Below, piece after piece: positions 12,000 to 27,100 of a stretch of DNA of 64,000 bases (the first letter of the stretch is position 1; every line of letters begins with the position of its first letter). The DNA lies in assembly GCA_004022145.1 (NCBI GenBank), contig RCNU01000003.1. The stretch is one strand, 5' to 3'. The notes under the pieces were generated by a model. It saw only the letters and a list, made by a program, of their open reading frames with translations. It was not told the origin of the DNA and made no database searches. The position numbers and the translations under genes were made by a program. The stretch is from Paecilomyces variotii (taxonomy: Eukaryota).

Positions 12000-12250
12000 A
12001 GACGATCCGGGGAAGAAGTGCGGGGAACGCGGAATAAGGCGGAAATCTGACCGCGGACAACAGCGGAATCCGGGGCTGGCCTTCCGCTATGCAAAATATC
12101 CGTCGACAACCGAAGAATCCCAGAAAATGAGCAAAAAGGGTCAATCTAGAAGCCATGGATTTTCTTTGTTCGTTAAGAAGATCAGCAGGCTAGGAAATAT
12201 CCGCGAAAAGCCGCCTCCGACGCTTGCCGCTATCTAGATGGGCGGATAAT
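12000..12250. promoter_or_regulatory. Divergent hmgA/hppD promoter with dense CGG repeats
   Basis: CCGGGGAAG 12007, GCGGGGAAC 12020, GCGGAAT 12029, GCGGAAAT 12039, GCGGAC 12053, GCGGAAT 12063, TTCCGC ~12082, GCGGATAA ~12242. Confidence 0.45.
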
Positions 12251-12485
12251 TTCCCTATACGCTGTGCTGAGAGGCTTACCACTATGATGAAATGAGAATT
12301 CCCTGTTCCAACCGCAGAGTGCGTAATGTAATCATTTTCGATATTGAAATGGAGGATGTTTAAAAACCTGAGTTATCGTCTCTTGTTGAGAAGTGGCCTT
12401 GCAGACATCGGTGATCAACTGTTCGACGGTTTAGTCTCAATTGAATATTCTATACAAACTAAACATATACTTTTGACACTCAATT

Positions 12486-13874
<1,389 letters not shown>

Positions 13875-14389
13875 GGTCAAAAACTGCTCGCTGATTCTGG
13901 ATTCAAGTTGCCTCGTTACCGCATTTCGGTTGCTCTGTGTGTCGCCGTTCAGCGTTGTATTTCCTAATATCCTGGCCACGATGAACGAGTACTGTTGATG
14001 GCATTAATATCATGACTTATCACGGCTTCTTCAGGAAGCATAGAAATAACTTCCTATTTGTATAGATACAGATGGCCTCAGTTGTGAAAGCACACCAAAT
14101 TGCTTTCATATTCTCTAGCAAGACATGATATCCCACGGTCTATCTTTTATTCTAAAGATGATGGATCGAGGAAGAAAATCATGTTGATTTGAAATTGCCA
14201 TCTAGTTTGATAGTAAATCTACTCGAGATTGTCGAGATCCGATAGTTGTGGTTTGACATATCTATATATGTATTGGCATGTCATCCTCCCATTTCATAAT
14301 GCTTTTCTATCTATCATACACTATGCCAGTACGTAAACCTTGTTGATGCACACTTCTGCTTTTTTTTCGTTTATATGCACACGGTACCA

Positions 14390-17300
14390 TCACTTTTTCT
14401 TTGTTGAATTTGCAGTTCCCCCACGGCGCTTGTATTTCCTTGGATCTAGATAAGACGTTAGCTATCATTCATGTTGTTTCGTATGGTGTCTGCGTTGTAT
14501 GATTAATGAAAAGGTATAATACGAACCTTTACGACTCATCCGAACCCTGTCTCTAGTACCCTTACCGCCTTCCCAGAATCCGCTACCTGCCTTACCTACG
14601 AGGACGGAATGGCATATCCCGCAGTCCTCTGGACGATATATCTGTTCCCGAGAACAAAACCCACTGTACAAAAGAACGTCGGGTTAGCGGGTTCAAAGAA
14701 GCAAATGTATATCGGGCATGACCGTATGGAACTTACCATATCATGCGATTGGCATGTTCATTTGGATGGTCCTCGGCTGCATCATGACATCTGGACGACC
14801 GTCAATATTATTTTCACTCAAGGTGGCTTTGGAACGTGGGGCGCGCATAAAGTATCATGAGGACGGTATATCTACAACTTACTTATCACACGGAAAGACT
14901 TTGGCACAACAGCTGAATCTGTTGTCCATAAAGTTAGCCGGGGAGCCATCATCATCGCGGTGCAAATGTGCACGGCAATCGACCCTTCTTCATAGCCGTA
15001 AAGCCACCCCGAATAATTGTCGATCGACAGAACTCCACCAAATGAGGTAACATACCTGAACCAACGGTAGCTCTTTGCGTAGTGGTCGCAGCGACCACGG
15101 CGAGGGAGTTCTTGACCGGCGGTTATCCCTAAAACTTCCTTGCGCTAGAAGAAGACAACGGCATTAGCACTAGTCTCGGCAGGTACGGACGAAAGCACAT
15201 AGGGAGATCGCAGTAATACGGACCTTCTTCCGCGGCAGTGCATGCCGGGTTGTCACTGGACAGAGTCAGCGATATTCCCTGTCATCAATTGAGAGCAGTA
15301 ACCCGCATAGGGAAACTTAGCGGATTCTGGGGTAATAAAGACCGGACCCTGGAGAAAGATTTCGACCTCGCCGAATCATCTTCGTCACGCGATGGGTAGG
15401 CCTTAAGGAGGGGGATGTGTGTTGAGTGCAAGGGGTCGAGGAGACTGGCTCTTACCTGCAGCAGTGCCCACCACAAGGAATTTGACCTCGGGGATTTTGA
15501 AGACTGTGGATAACGATTAAGTGTTAGCGAGATATCTCTACATTGTTTCTCCAAAATGTTTTTCCATCGAGGCGTTCATATTATTGTAATTTAGCAATTC
15601 TTTGATCCTTGTTTTGGCCCCCATTCTCGGCTGATGATGAGAGACAACAAGCCGACTCACAGTTTCATTCACATATTCATCATCATCATGTGCAGCAAAG
15701 GTATAGTCACTCACCCATTTTCCTATGGCATTCACGACATGTGGCCATCGCACTCTCTCCACGAACGGCCACAGGGCCCGGTCCCGGGAAGGTGGTAGAG
15801 CATTCGGAGCAGGTTGGCAGAAAGTTACTGGTCAGCATGGTCAGCACAGGTCTTCTGTATCATTAATGACAAGATCAATCACGGAAGTTACCTGGGAAGA
15901 AGGTCCACAACAGTACATCCTTCTAGGTCTAGATATCCGGCTCGATTTGAACTACCATGCATCAATTCTCGACGGAAGCCTGGAAAAAATAGGATTTTAG
16001 TATCAGTACATAAGGTCCTTTCCGTCTTCACGACAAACTGAGCATGTCTTTTGAGTTTCTCACCGACTGTCATATAATTAGAGCACTTTTTGCAGGATTC
16101 GGCTCGCGCTGAAGAAGCACCGCTAGGATCATTGGCCGCGCGCACATTTTTCACGTCCATAGTATCCTTGCAACGTTCGCACTTCACGGTAATATTCAAG
16201 TTCTTGAGTTCCAATATTTCAATTCCGTATAACTCAAGGAAGGGCAAAGATAAAGCCACGCCACGACTCGTAGACGTCGCAGGAGCCTCCGGAACAGAAG
16301 CTCCTCCTTCCTCCTCATCATCTGTCGCCGAGGCATCCTCGGAATCATAGTCGGTCGAAGTCTCACTACCGGAGGATGAGCCTGCGTCTGGCAGTGACCA
16401 TTCAGGAGGCCGCGGGATGATCTTGACGTGAGAACGGCCTTCGAGTTCTTTTACAGGGGCCTGTTCCGTAGGCGAAGGCTCCGGTAAGGACGGAGGAATC
16501 GGATTAGAAGCCATAGGGACAGATTCAGAGGTAGATTTCGACGTCTCTTCCGCGGCTTTGTTGAATAGAACATGCATATTATGCACAAGATAGTTGACTT
16601 GCGACATTAGGTTGAGATGAGGATTTTCTTGGGCCCATTTTTGAAATCCAGTTTCCAGTGACCGGGCGTCTGTTCCTTCAGTCCCCTGTACTTCGATGCG
16701 GCTTTGATCCAGAGGATATAACTGAGGAACAATGAGTTGAATAGTTTTGATGGATCGCAGTGGTAAAGGGAGCAGGTTAGGTTTGCTAGGCTGCGCGGGA
16801 ATAGTGAACGATAGCCCGTCAGAGGACTTGCGAAAAAGTGGGAGCCTGCGAAGACGAGCCTCAAGCTGCCGCGTCTCATCATTTCGCTTCTTCTCTGCTT
16901 CGGCCTTCTCTTCGGCTGTATACGTTCTGCTCATTTTGATAGCAGATTGCCAAGCAGTTGGCCGTTCTTCCACGCGGGAGGTCCTCTCCACCGGTCTAGG
17001 TGACCTCTGTGGGATGTTGCCAGTGACTTCAGCAGATTTTGGCTTTTCTCTATTGCCGACATTCGGTATGATCTTAATGGTTTGTGCTCGTTCAGTAGTA
17101 AGCAGGCGTTCCAATTGTCTATCAAGAGCGTTCATCCAACCCAGGAGAGTTCCTTGGTGGTCCTTTGTGAGAGATGTCTCGACTAGGTCGTCAAACCCCT
17201 TCTCAACATTGATTTGAAACCCCCTGTCCATCTCGGGATTTGTAACTTTCAGAGTAGGCCTTCCGCTGGAAGGGTATGACAGCGGCACGCGCAGAATACA

Positions 17301-18101
17301 CTGCAGCTCTGCCATGTCAAAGGGAAAATCAGGATCTGAAGGAGCCATTCCGAAGACTAGAGAGGTGCCAGAACTATCATTTTGTTCCTTTGGACGAAAC
17401 CTGCGTCTCAGTTGGTTGATCTGGAACTCCCTAGGGTTTTCTCTTTCTGCTTTTGACACTGGCTTCTGGACAGCCTTGGAACGGGGTATGCCAGAACGCT
17501 CTGGCAACGTAACTGCTGATGAATCTGCCTTGGTACGATTTTCAATTGCAGTTCCCTTCTCGGAAGATGCAGCAAGCTGTGATGCTTGATTCACCTCCTC
17601 TTGTCCACCGGGGGCCGTAGAGCCCTCGAGAGGCCGATCTTTCCGGGCAGAACCGGAGCCTTCATGAAGATAGGGACATGCATCACCGGCCCGGCAGCCT
17701 TGACAGATGTCAGCTCAACGTCACAAAATCTGAATAGTCACATGAAAAGGGCGTATAGCTGCGATGATAGAATAATAGAATCGGATAGTTACGCCATCCT
17801 CGGTATGAAATTTAGACAGTCCCGTCCGTCAGACCGTTACGGCCATGTGGTATTGAGCAAGACGGCGTAACAGGATTACAGTCATGCAGAAGCAACAATG
17901 ACATACGGGTAACATTGGAGACAGAGACAATGAGGCTGATGTGAGGCCAAAGTGATACCTACCTCTCTTGGTACCGAAGAACCGGCATCTCGCTTGTTTA
18001 CGAGCCGGCCGTCCATAGGTTGCCCGTTGCTGTTGTGCAGCAGCGGTATCCTGAGGCTGAGCGCTTGCCAACTCAGCAGCTGCTGAAGGTGGTTGGACTA
18101 T
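14390..18101 (-). CDS. Conserved fungal protein with N-terminal CCCH finger, central PSDPDFPF domain and C-terminal CHY zinc finger; start codon uncertain
   Basis: Exons ~18101-17963, 17698-16064, 15979-15892, 15827-15715, 15503-15456, 15255-15224, 15144-15056, 14918-14883, 14790-14737, 14663-14527, 14445-14390. Splicing gives CRFFGTKRGCRAGDACPYLH (C-x8-C-x5-C-x3-H) and GRCDHYAKSYRWFRFSCCAKVFPCDKCHDAAEDHPNEHANRMICGFCSREQ...FWEGGKGTRD..MSRKDPRKYKRR. Confidence 0.85.
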
Positions 18102-21100
18102 GTCAAAATAAAGATATGGTGAGCGTGTGACCAAAAAGGTTGCGGGCCGCGAATGTCAGAAGTCAGGGACTAGTCATCTCAGCATCGGGGCAAGGCAGTG
18201 AGCAACAGGGCCTCGTCTGACGATCAGTGCCGGAACCGATGTTGCGATGTTGTGGCAGCAGTAGCTAGGGAAGAAATGGTAACAATGACTGGGGCACAAG
18301 GATAAAGATGGAGGGTATGGGCGCATGGCTAATCAGTCTGGACACGGGGCTGGAACGCGGGTGTACAGGAGGACATCGTTTGACCGTCAGGGGAAGATAG
18401 ATAGAGAACGCAGCAAGATGACAAAGACAACAACATCCAAAAGGATGAAAAAGGATCTCACCGTCAGATTGGGGTCGCGCCGCCCCGTCAAGTGACCTGG
18501 ATTCCATCTATGAAGCCTCGAGCTGCAGCGCCACCCGGGCGAAGTACATGTACAACACTACGAACCCCGTCAGTGATAGGTTCAGCTCCAGCCAGAACTG
18601 GTAACGATGAATGCGTAAAGATAGCAACTGCAACGTCGATCAAGACCCCAGGAAAAAACGGAGGGCGAAAGCTGTCCTCAGCTCGATGTCTTGCAGTGGG
18701 CACGAGTGGACATCGTCACTCCAAATCTAGCGCCCGCAGATAGTGGAGGAGTAGATCGGGCGGGCGATGTCCAGAGATCTGACGTACCAACGCAAATAAA
18801 CAGGGGAAAGCCCAAAAATGTTATTCCAGTGACCCGGGAAAGCCGCCCAAATGCCAACAAAGCAGTTCCAACCGGGGATCAGGATCTGGTGACCTTCAAA
18901 TGCAACGGGAATCACAGAAACAGATCTCGAGCGGGCGAATAAGTGATGGATAACGGAAGAAACACCTCTCGTGGGATGTGATGCGGACAGTCGCGTGGAA
19001 AGGATCTGTTGAATACAATAGGCGCGATGGATTCTCGTCTATTACTTTCGATCCTTCTGACGGGCGTCTGCTGAGAGTTGGACTGCGGGCGGTCAAGATG
19101 GTGGCGCCACGTGAGGTGACAAACCGTTGAGGGCGCAACAAAATGAGGCCGAAGCAAGCTCTTGATATGTCGACAAGCAGCGCTTCCTCACCACCAACTC
19201 CAGCCATGCAGCAGTGGCTTTTCCAATGGACCAGCAAGGCAAACATGCGGGCGTACGCATCATACAGTATGGCCGCTTTGTCATTCAACCCTGTAACTAG
19301 TTATTCTGACTCGAATTGACAAAAAGGTACGAGCTTTGACTCATCATTGCTCATCCACACAAAAAAGATCTAGATCGCTGTGGTTTCAGTGGTTGAGCCG
19401 TAAGTACAGCGTTGGGTGTCATAGCTCGAGATCATACTGGCGCCGTTGGACACCGTACTTCCTGGATAGCGACCCGGTGCGGCATACTCGCATACAACCA
19501 TCTGCTGTGCTCTTCTCAAAAGATGACTTGTATGTATGTACGTTCTATAAAAACAGCCATTTCCACACTATAGTTAGAGTACAGATTTCTGATGACCTCA
19601 TCGACTGGTATGGCGCTTGGTTACGGGTCTAGTCTATAGTATGATAGTTTATTTTTAACGCTCTTTAAAAAACAGCCAAAGAGCACCGGAGGATGCAAGA
19701 TGCCAAAAGGGGGCACCTTGACAACCGTGATTGCCGCCGTAGAACTCAGATAGACTACTTACAAGCCGGGTTAGAATTTGACACGTCGAATGTGACAATG
19801 GCATGAGCCATGATCATTGTGCAGACATCGTGGCTCATGGGGAGAAGTGAAATATTGGTCTTTAGGCATATTGCAGCCGTCGAGTCATATTATCTATAGT
19901 AACACTCCTGTCAGCTCGAGGGCAAAGTGCGCTATCAATAACAGTGACTGTTCTTCCATGGCGGTGGTGTTGCGTGATAATCAATGGATGGAAAGGGCCG
20001 CCGCGGGCACTTCCTCCGCCTATTGTTGTATGTCTCTAAGCAAGGCGTAACTTACAGCAAGAACAGCCACATCTCTATCGTAATGGCATTGTTATTATGG
20101 CAAGACATGCCATATCATGGTTGCGTGCACTGCTGTCATGCCTTATCAACCACAAATGCGCATACCAGAAGTAAAAAGAGCTTCAAACATGACGTATCAG
20201 AGCATCTACATTGCATTCTCACCGCTCCCGGAGCTCCGTCCGCTCAGACGAAAGCAAAACAACCATCCCTCGCGAAGAGCCGCTATCTATGGCCGGTGAT
20301 ACGGGAGTACACGGGCCGACGAAGTATCGCTGTATGTATGGCGTCGTTCCTTGTCATGGGCCATACATACATACCCGTCTGCTGGAGAGAAAGGTACTCT
20401 ATAAGTATAGTTACAGATAGATGCTTACCATACCTGTCGACATACAGATGCCTCAGAAATGGTCTCGCTGATCTTCCGAGCCTAGCAAGTAACATGTCAA
20501 GGTCGCGTTACTCTTACGACTGCCGGCATTGGTACATCTGCAAGATTCACTATAGCTTCGTCTGTGAACCCATCGCGAGTTTGTCTTTTGTCCCTCTGCC
20601 GACGAGAACCATCGGGGCCCACTAGAGCTCGAGCAAATCGCCCGCATAGGGCTCCCCCTCGTGGCGCGCCATCGTGCGCCATTGGGATGCAACCCCGGTC
20701 CACACAAAGCAGCAAAACTCTCACACCACCGCAAAGGCTTCAAGGAGGAGGATTGTCCATCGGGGAGTTGACCGAGAACACGTCGATGGGATTGCGGAAA
20801 CACAGCAACGACACCGCCATTGTTATTTCAACCGTCCCATTTCCTACTCTGGGATATCTTGCGACTTAAGCGCCTGCAGGTTCCACGCACCGAGACGATC
20901 TCGTCACGTCACGGTCACTTGCGGTCGGGGAAGATGAAACGAAGCTATTTCGATGTCAAATGCGCCGGCAAAATGAAAAAGAACTTTGAAGCAGCCACTG
21001 GTGGGAGAGATCGCACGACAATTCCATCGTTTATTTCCCTCCAGACCAGATATGGCGCGTGTAATAGGTCGGCTCATAGATTCGTTGTGGCTGTTTTTTA

Positions 21101-24100
21101 GGGAAATAAATTCTGCGAGTCACGCGGCTCTTGAGTCTCAAGACAAATAACCTACCATAATCTATCTAAGCCACGGAAACATCTCTCCCGGCGATGCGCG
21201 ATGCAATGATTGGAAGTGGCTTCGCATTTTGTTCGCTACTTCTTGCTTCTGTTTGAGAATATTACAGAACCAACTCTACGTTTGCGGGCAACGCCATTCA
21301 TCCTTACCAGATCCGGTGTCAACAGGGCGCTTAAACCCGAATAGAAAGACAACACAACCCCTCCATCACCCAGGATTGAGCATTCATGCGTGTCTTTTCG
21401 ACTTGAAGTTGCCAGCTGCCTAAAGTCTTCAAAGCAAACGGTCAAGTACCGAGTAGAGAACCATAAAAAGACCCCGCTCCCATAATAATATACTCCGGAG
21501 GACTGTCCTCCACATCCTTTGGGGAAGCGGTGAGAGAACCGTTTTGTTACGATACGGTCCACGTGTAACGGCCAGCAGCTTGACTAGGCGTGACAAAAGT
21601 TACAATACACATAGACTTTCCCGAGTCGGGACATCTTCCAAGAAAGCTAAGCAGAAAACCCATGCTTTTTTTTGTACTCGTACCATACTCGTAGACACTC
21701 CCAACCAGAATTCGTTTGTCGTCTCTGCTCTATAGAGAGCCACGGTTGGGCTGTTTGCGCAAGGCAGACAGGCGGGCATTGCAATCGAGACCGGTACGCA
21801 TCCAGGGTAAGACGCGGCCTTTGAACATACTTTACACATTTATCCAAGGGTATGTGGGCATTGAACCGCGGTTTTTGCTCAACAAGGAGCTTCCCATGAG
21901 GAGACTATTATTATCATCGTCTTACTTTGCCATGAGCCTGTGTTGGGTGTATTATTCCCACCCATCTCATTCATCACGTGATATGAGACGCGACCGCGGC
22001 GCATCTAGAACGCAGGCCCTGTCTTCGAGAACACCACCACAGGCCGCAGCTCGCAGGGATCGTACCGCCCTCACATGCAGCAAGCATCCTCGTCGCCCGA
22101 AGATCCATCGCGACAAACCAATCCTGTTTGCTATATCTGCAATGATTTCCGGAATGGCAAATGAGGAATTCCATTTCAATGCTGTTACTAAAGATCCACA
22201 TAAAAGCATCCGGCACGATCCCTGCGGTTCTCGAAATCGAGACGATCTCGAGAAGGGCCTGGGAGTGGTCACAGCTTGCCAGCTTCCCATTGGCGTGCCT
22301 GGGAACGATGCCATGACGTCAGGCAGCCAACCCACCTAACTAACCCGTATCATTCTGCCTTACGCTCAGATTTTCACAGTCGAAACGACAGTCCGAATAA
22401 TAATATGGAGCAATGAATGGCGTGTCCAGTGCTTCGGTTCAACTGTCAAGGGGGGTTGGTTTGATTAGCTCCGCATCTCCGACTGAGGAGAAACGGGCGG
22501 GCTGAGGGGCGGATCCTTATACAGACTCCAGAGCACCCCATCTCCAAAACGGCCCAGCGATTATTGGACACCACACTGCACGTGTCGCAAGATCTTCGCC
22601 GCCGGTAAAAGGTAGTGGCTTACTACTCTTGCTCTTTTTAATTATTAGCCACTGAAGGGCTCACATTTTATGCCGTTGCGGCCCAATCAACCCGTCCGAT
22701 TTGATCCCCCTCAGCCCAGCTTCTCGAAATTAAAGGAGTTACGGTGATCTGGTTTTTCCGGCCGTGTCGACAGCCGTTCGGAAGCAGTTTTTCCTCAAGG
22801 CACACAGCGCTTTTCTTTCTTGCCTCCCGGAAAATTAGCGAGGGAATTTATCCCAATCTGGATCCACGAATGAGCTTATTGGCTGAGAGGACAATGTCCC
22901 TGGCCGCGGACAGCTATTGTTGGAACCCACGGACCTCGAGATGAGGACAGGGAAGTGGTCTGGGTTCTAAATGTCTTCTAGAACTAAAGCGGAAAGGTCC
23001 CCCGTCCTGCGCATCTCTGCAGGCCAAAGCGAATCACCGGGCAGCAATTTAATTTCGGCTCTCCACTCCCGACTCCGACACGGCCTGTTCGGTTCGGCAT
23101 CCCACACACAACATCTGGACCAACCCGATCACCGACCAGTCATCGGGCAGCCGTGTATATGGAATATCGCTAACGGGAAACGCAAGGAGACTGATCTAGT
23201 CGCTCAGAAGCGAAATACCGGTTTTTATGGCTCCTCACCATGTGGCTGGGAATCCCCAGCGTGTTCGATTCGCTGTGAACTGTATTACTGTGACCTTGTG
23301 AAGTCTCTGCCTATGGTGGCCACAGTTCGAAATTATTACCGGGGTTAGCTAGAGTACATCCATAACCGCGTTAGACTACCCGATTCAGCAACGATCGCTA
23401 CAGTCGCACCTCACATTCGAGAACTTTTGCGGATTTCTCTATCAAGAACATTGAAGATACTCTGGCCATCTCAGTTACCCTGAATCTACAGCTCATAACA
23501 GTATCAAAATCGAAGGGATTGGACGCAGAACTCCTCACATAACCACTCCGGCACTTGGTGTTTTTGGCTATGCCGCCAGGCTTACCAAGCATCCCTTGCA
23601 CTCCGCATTTTTTTCACCGGCACAGCCACTCATATGTAGCGACCGAGACATGGTCCATCGATTTTCGATCGCTCGGTCTTACAGCCCAACCACGGGCCTT
23701 GTGTAGGATCTTGAGCTCGTTTCGCTCTGGATTCGATGGAGTGACCCTCTTCCTCGTCACAAAAATTCACAATACTAATACTTACCGGTGAGAAGAGCTC
23801 TCCTTGCTCTTGTACTGTGCGTATTACCATTTCCTCGCGATCTCCGCTCTTTCTCTACTTCCCATCCACCAGGGACCGGCCCGTGACAAGTCGCGATTCC
23901 ACATATCATTCCCTTTTCTGGAAAACCCCTGCACAACCCCCTTCATACACCAGCCACATCCCCACGTTGCATCGGGCGTCAACGGGAGCCAAATAGTGGC
24001 CTGCGCGCTCTGAGAGGTTCGAATGAAGCGAACGGATCGGAAGAATCAGGAGCTGACTGCCCCGGACCCACCAACAAGGTGAGAGAAAGAAGGAAAGAAC

Positions 24101-27100
24101 AAGAGAGCCTCAACCTACCCAAAACAACTAATTAAGCGAGAAGCATTAATTGGGTTATGTCATCCCCGCACAAAGCCCATTATGCTTATACAGCGAAATC
24201 AAAAAGGCCACCATTATTATTATGGAGCTCTACTCGTATCCTTTTTCTATGTCGCCATTTGTAACAGTGTCCTCTACGATGGGTCCCGGTCCACTCTACT
24301 TAGGCATCTCTTGATCGCAGTTCCACCTGCCCCATCGCCTTGTCATCGTTTGTATGATACCAAGCCCATACACATGTCAATTGTATCTGTAACCCGCGGG
24401 AAACTATCTTCCTTGTCTTGTCTTGCCATTCCATACATACACTGTGCCCTAATCCTCTGAATACGAGTCGTAATTATTACCTGGCTTCAAGATACACGCA
24501 TAAATGCTTCTTCCTTTTGAGTTTTTCTAACGGTCAGGCTGTTGCAACGGTGCCCTAATTACACACTGCACTGCACCGTCATAGCAAGATGAATAATTGA
24601 ACCTGACAGCGGTAACTAGTACTGGTTAGTTAGTTATCCGAAGCGTTTTCCTCATATAGAGAGTTCGCGGGATACAGTACTGGGAGGAGAGTAAGCGACG
24701 GAATACGATTCAGAATACTACTATGAACTGAACTGTATGGATAACTCCGTTTATCGAAGAAGTCTCATAGAGGGGCGAAGGGAGGGGAACGCGGTCCTTT
24801 TCGCTCGTAAGGCAGCAATCTCTGGCTATACAACAGAGTCTACGACGAAAGCAAAAATAGGTTACCTCTACCGAGGCATCCATCTGAAGAGAGAAAGAGC
24901 CTCTCTCTTCTACTGCTGTCGCAATCAAAGCGAAGAGACAAACAACGTAAGGAAAATAAAGATCATCAAGAGAAAAGAAAAAACCCCCTCACATGCCTAG
25001 GTCTATGCCCACGCCATAAACTCCAGCCTTTTTCCTCCGTCTCAGCCACAAATCTGAAATCTTCCCTTACTTGAATAACAGAAGAAACAAAAAAAGCAAA
25101 AAAAATTCCTATTCGTCCATGTTTTAGCATGTTATAGGCGCTACGTTCGCGGAAGTCGGGAAATGCAACGCCTGCAGAATACAGATTATGTCTGAGCGTC
25201 CAACCAGGTTCGAAGTTCATCGTTGGAGGGGGTGTGACCAGCCTGAAGAAGTCAATAGTCTTGCTTTTCCGTCTTTGACTTTTGACTTCGCTATTCAAGT
25301 AAGCAGATACACAAGAAGTGATAGTTAGACGGGTTTAAGTTCCTGTCCCTCATGACGGATGAGATGTATGAAGCCAGATAATAATAAGGATTATGACAAC
25401 ACGGGCGCTGTTGACTTACCTAGGTAGTAGAGCAGTTGCTAATCTGCTCCAAACTCATGACATACTTGTTCAACGGAGTATTATAGCACAGTACTATAGT
25501 ACGTACCCGCGGATAAGAAGAAAGAGTCATTTTGTGGCGCGCCCTTGCTTAATTCTTTTGCCGCTTCAGTATAGGTAGAAGAATAAGGTCATTCTCATCG
25601 AGCATACACCACTACTTACCCCGCCAACGCGCGGGTCTTACGTCCGGTGCTGTAAGTAAGCACTAGATTCTTAGGTACGGAGTGCACCCCGCAATAATGC
25701 CCCTCACTCTCGATTTCAATCACTGTTGGAACTTGGAAATAATCACTACTGTATATCCTTTTTTCGTCTTCGCAACATTGCCCACGTGGATCTCGTAGAT
25801 TTTTTTTTTAATCCTGCGCCTCTTTCCCCCATCAGAGATAGAAAAAAAGAAAAATCAGAAGTAGATGTACAATACATACATCAATCTTATCCCGAATTGA
25901 TTTTAGTCTACTCTAGTAATCACCGCCACGGGTGCCCGGTGGTTGGATCTCCGCTGGACAACAAAGCAGTCACCTGAACGGGAATGAGGAGACCCCGGTA
26001 CTTAGATGGGAGGAGCGAATATGACCACTACCACCATCATCATCACCACCCCTCATCAAGAAATAAAAACAAAAATTAAATGTGAATTGATCTCTTGACA
26101 GGATGCATGAAAGGCCGCGTAGTCTAAACTTAACATGAGGCGTCTGTTAATATTAACTGTGTTTATTATTAACGCGATGATGATTTCTAGATAGGTAGCT
26201 ATTGACTGGACGGAGTCCCGCTGCGAGTAATTGATCGGCTGTAGGTGCTGCGTCATGCAGAAATTATTTTATTATTATCCCAGGAAGAGCATGAGGGTTA
26301 GGACATTACCTGCCTTACATGGTGGCTATAGTGGCTGACGATGCATGTATGCGGGTATAGGAGAGAGGCAGCTGCCTGGAAGCGAGGCATGTGGACATAG
26401 TTAGTCGATTCTCCTTTTCTTTTTAAACCTTCATGTGGAAGTATACTCATAATTATGAACGAGGAAAAAGAAAAAGAACAACTCATTCATCACGAGGACT
26501 GGTCTGTTGCAACGATAATGGGAGGTGTTCTGCTTTGTATTTGCGATCATGACAGATTAGATATGTGTATACAGATGTGTTCCTAGAGGAAACTCTTTAT
26601 CAGAATACAAAGCTATTCGTGAAACCGAGTATTGAGACGTATTTGAATTTGGGTGGTGGTCATTGAAGTATACAGGATTTACAAGGTGAAGTTCTAAGTA
26701 TACCTTCCTGGCTGAGCCACGGGGATATTCTTCCCAATAAGATATCCAGTTAATCACTCTGAACTTGGAGGTTAAAGCAGAATCTACAAGTATGAGTGTT
26801 CGTATACTTCAGAGCTCCCACACAATCATCAGGTTAGCCGTTTGCAACCAAAATGTATTGAAAGCATATATATATCGTATTTCTCGCAAAATACAGAGTA
26901 AAGCCAGGTAATACTCTATCGGAGTTAATTCTTTTCCAAGCAGAGACAGCGATGTAGTGTACAGGTATACTTTACACCGGTCCGTAATGAATCGTTCAGA
27001 TCTCACTCGATACAAACCCCAATACAGGGAGAATCGTAACTCATAATTGTGTCAACATTAGAAATCCATTGAAGACCCTTCCCCAGAGCTCTTTCGATGC

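Noticed and set aside
15504-15714. Possible intronic C/D snoRNA (ATGATGA repeats near the intron 5' end)
   Set aside because: No downstream CTGA D box found within the intron.
19984-22339. ORFs of 213 aa (19984-20625) and 207 aa (21716-22339)
   Set aside because: Composition typical of non-coding frames; no domain or splice support.
26660-26760. HGDILPNKI, resembling a kinase/phosphotransferase catalytic loop
   Set aside because: Isolated in a short stop-bounded frame with no other kinase motifs.
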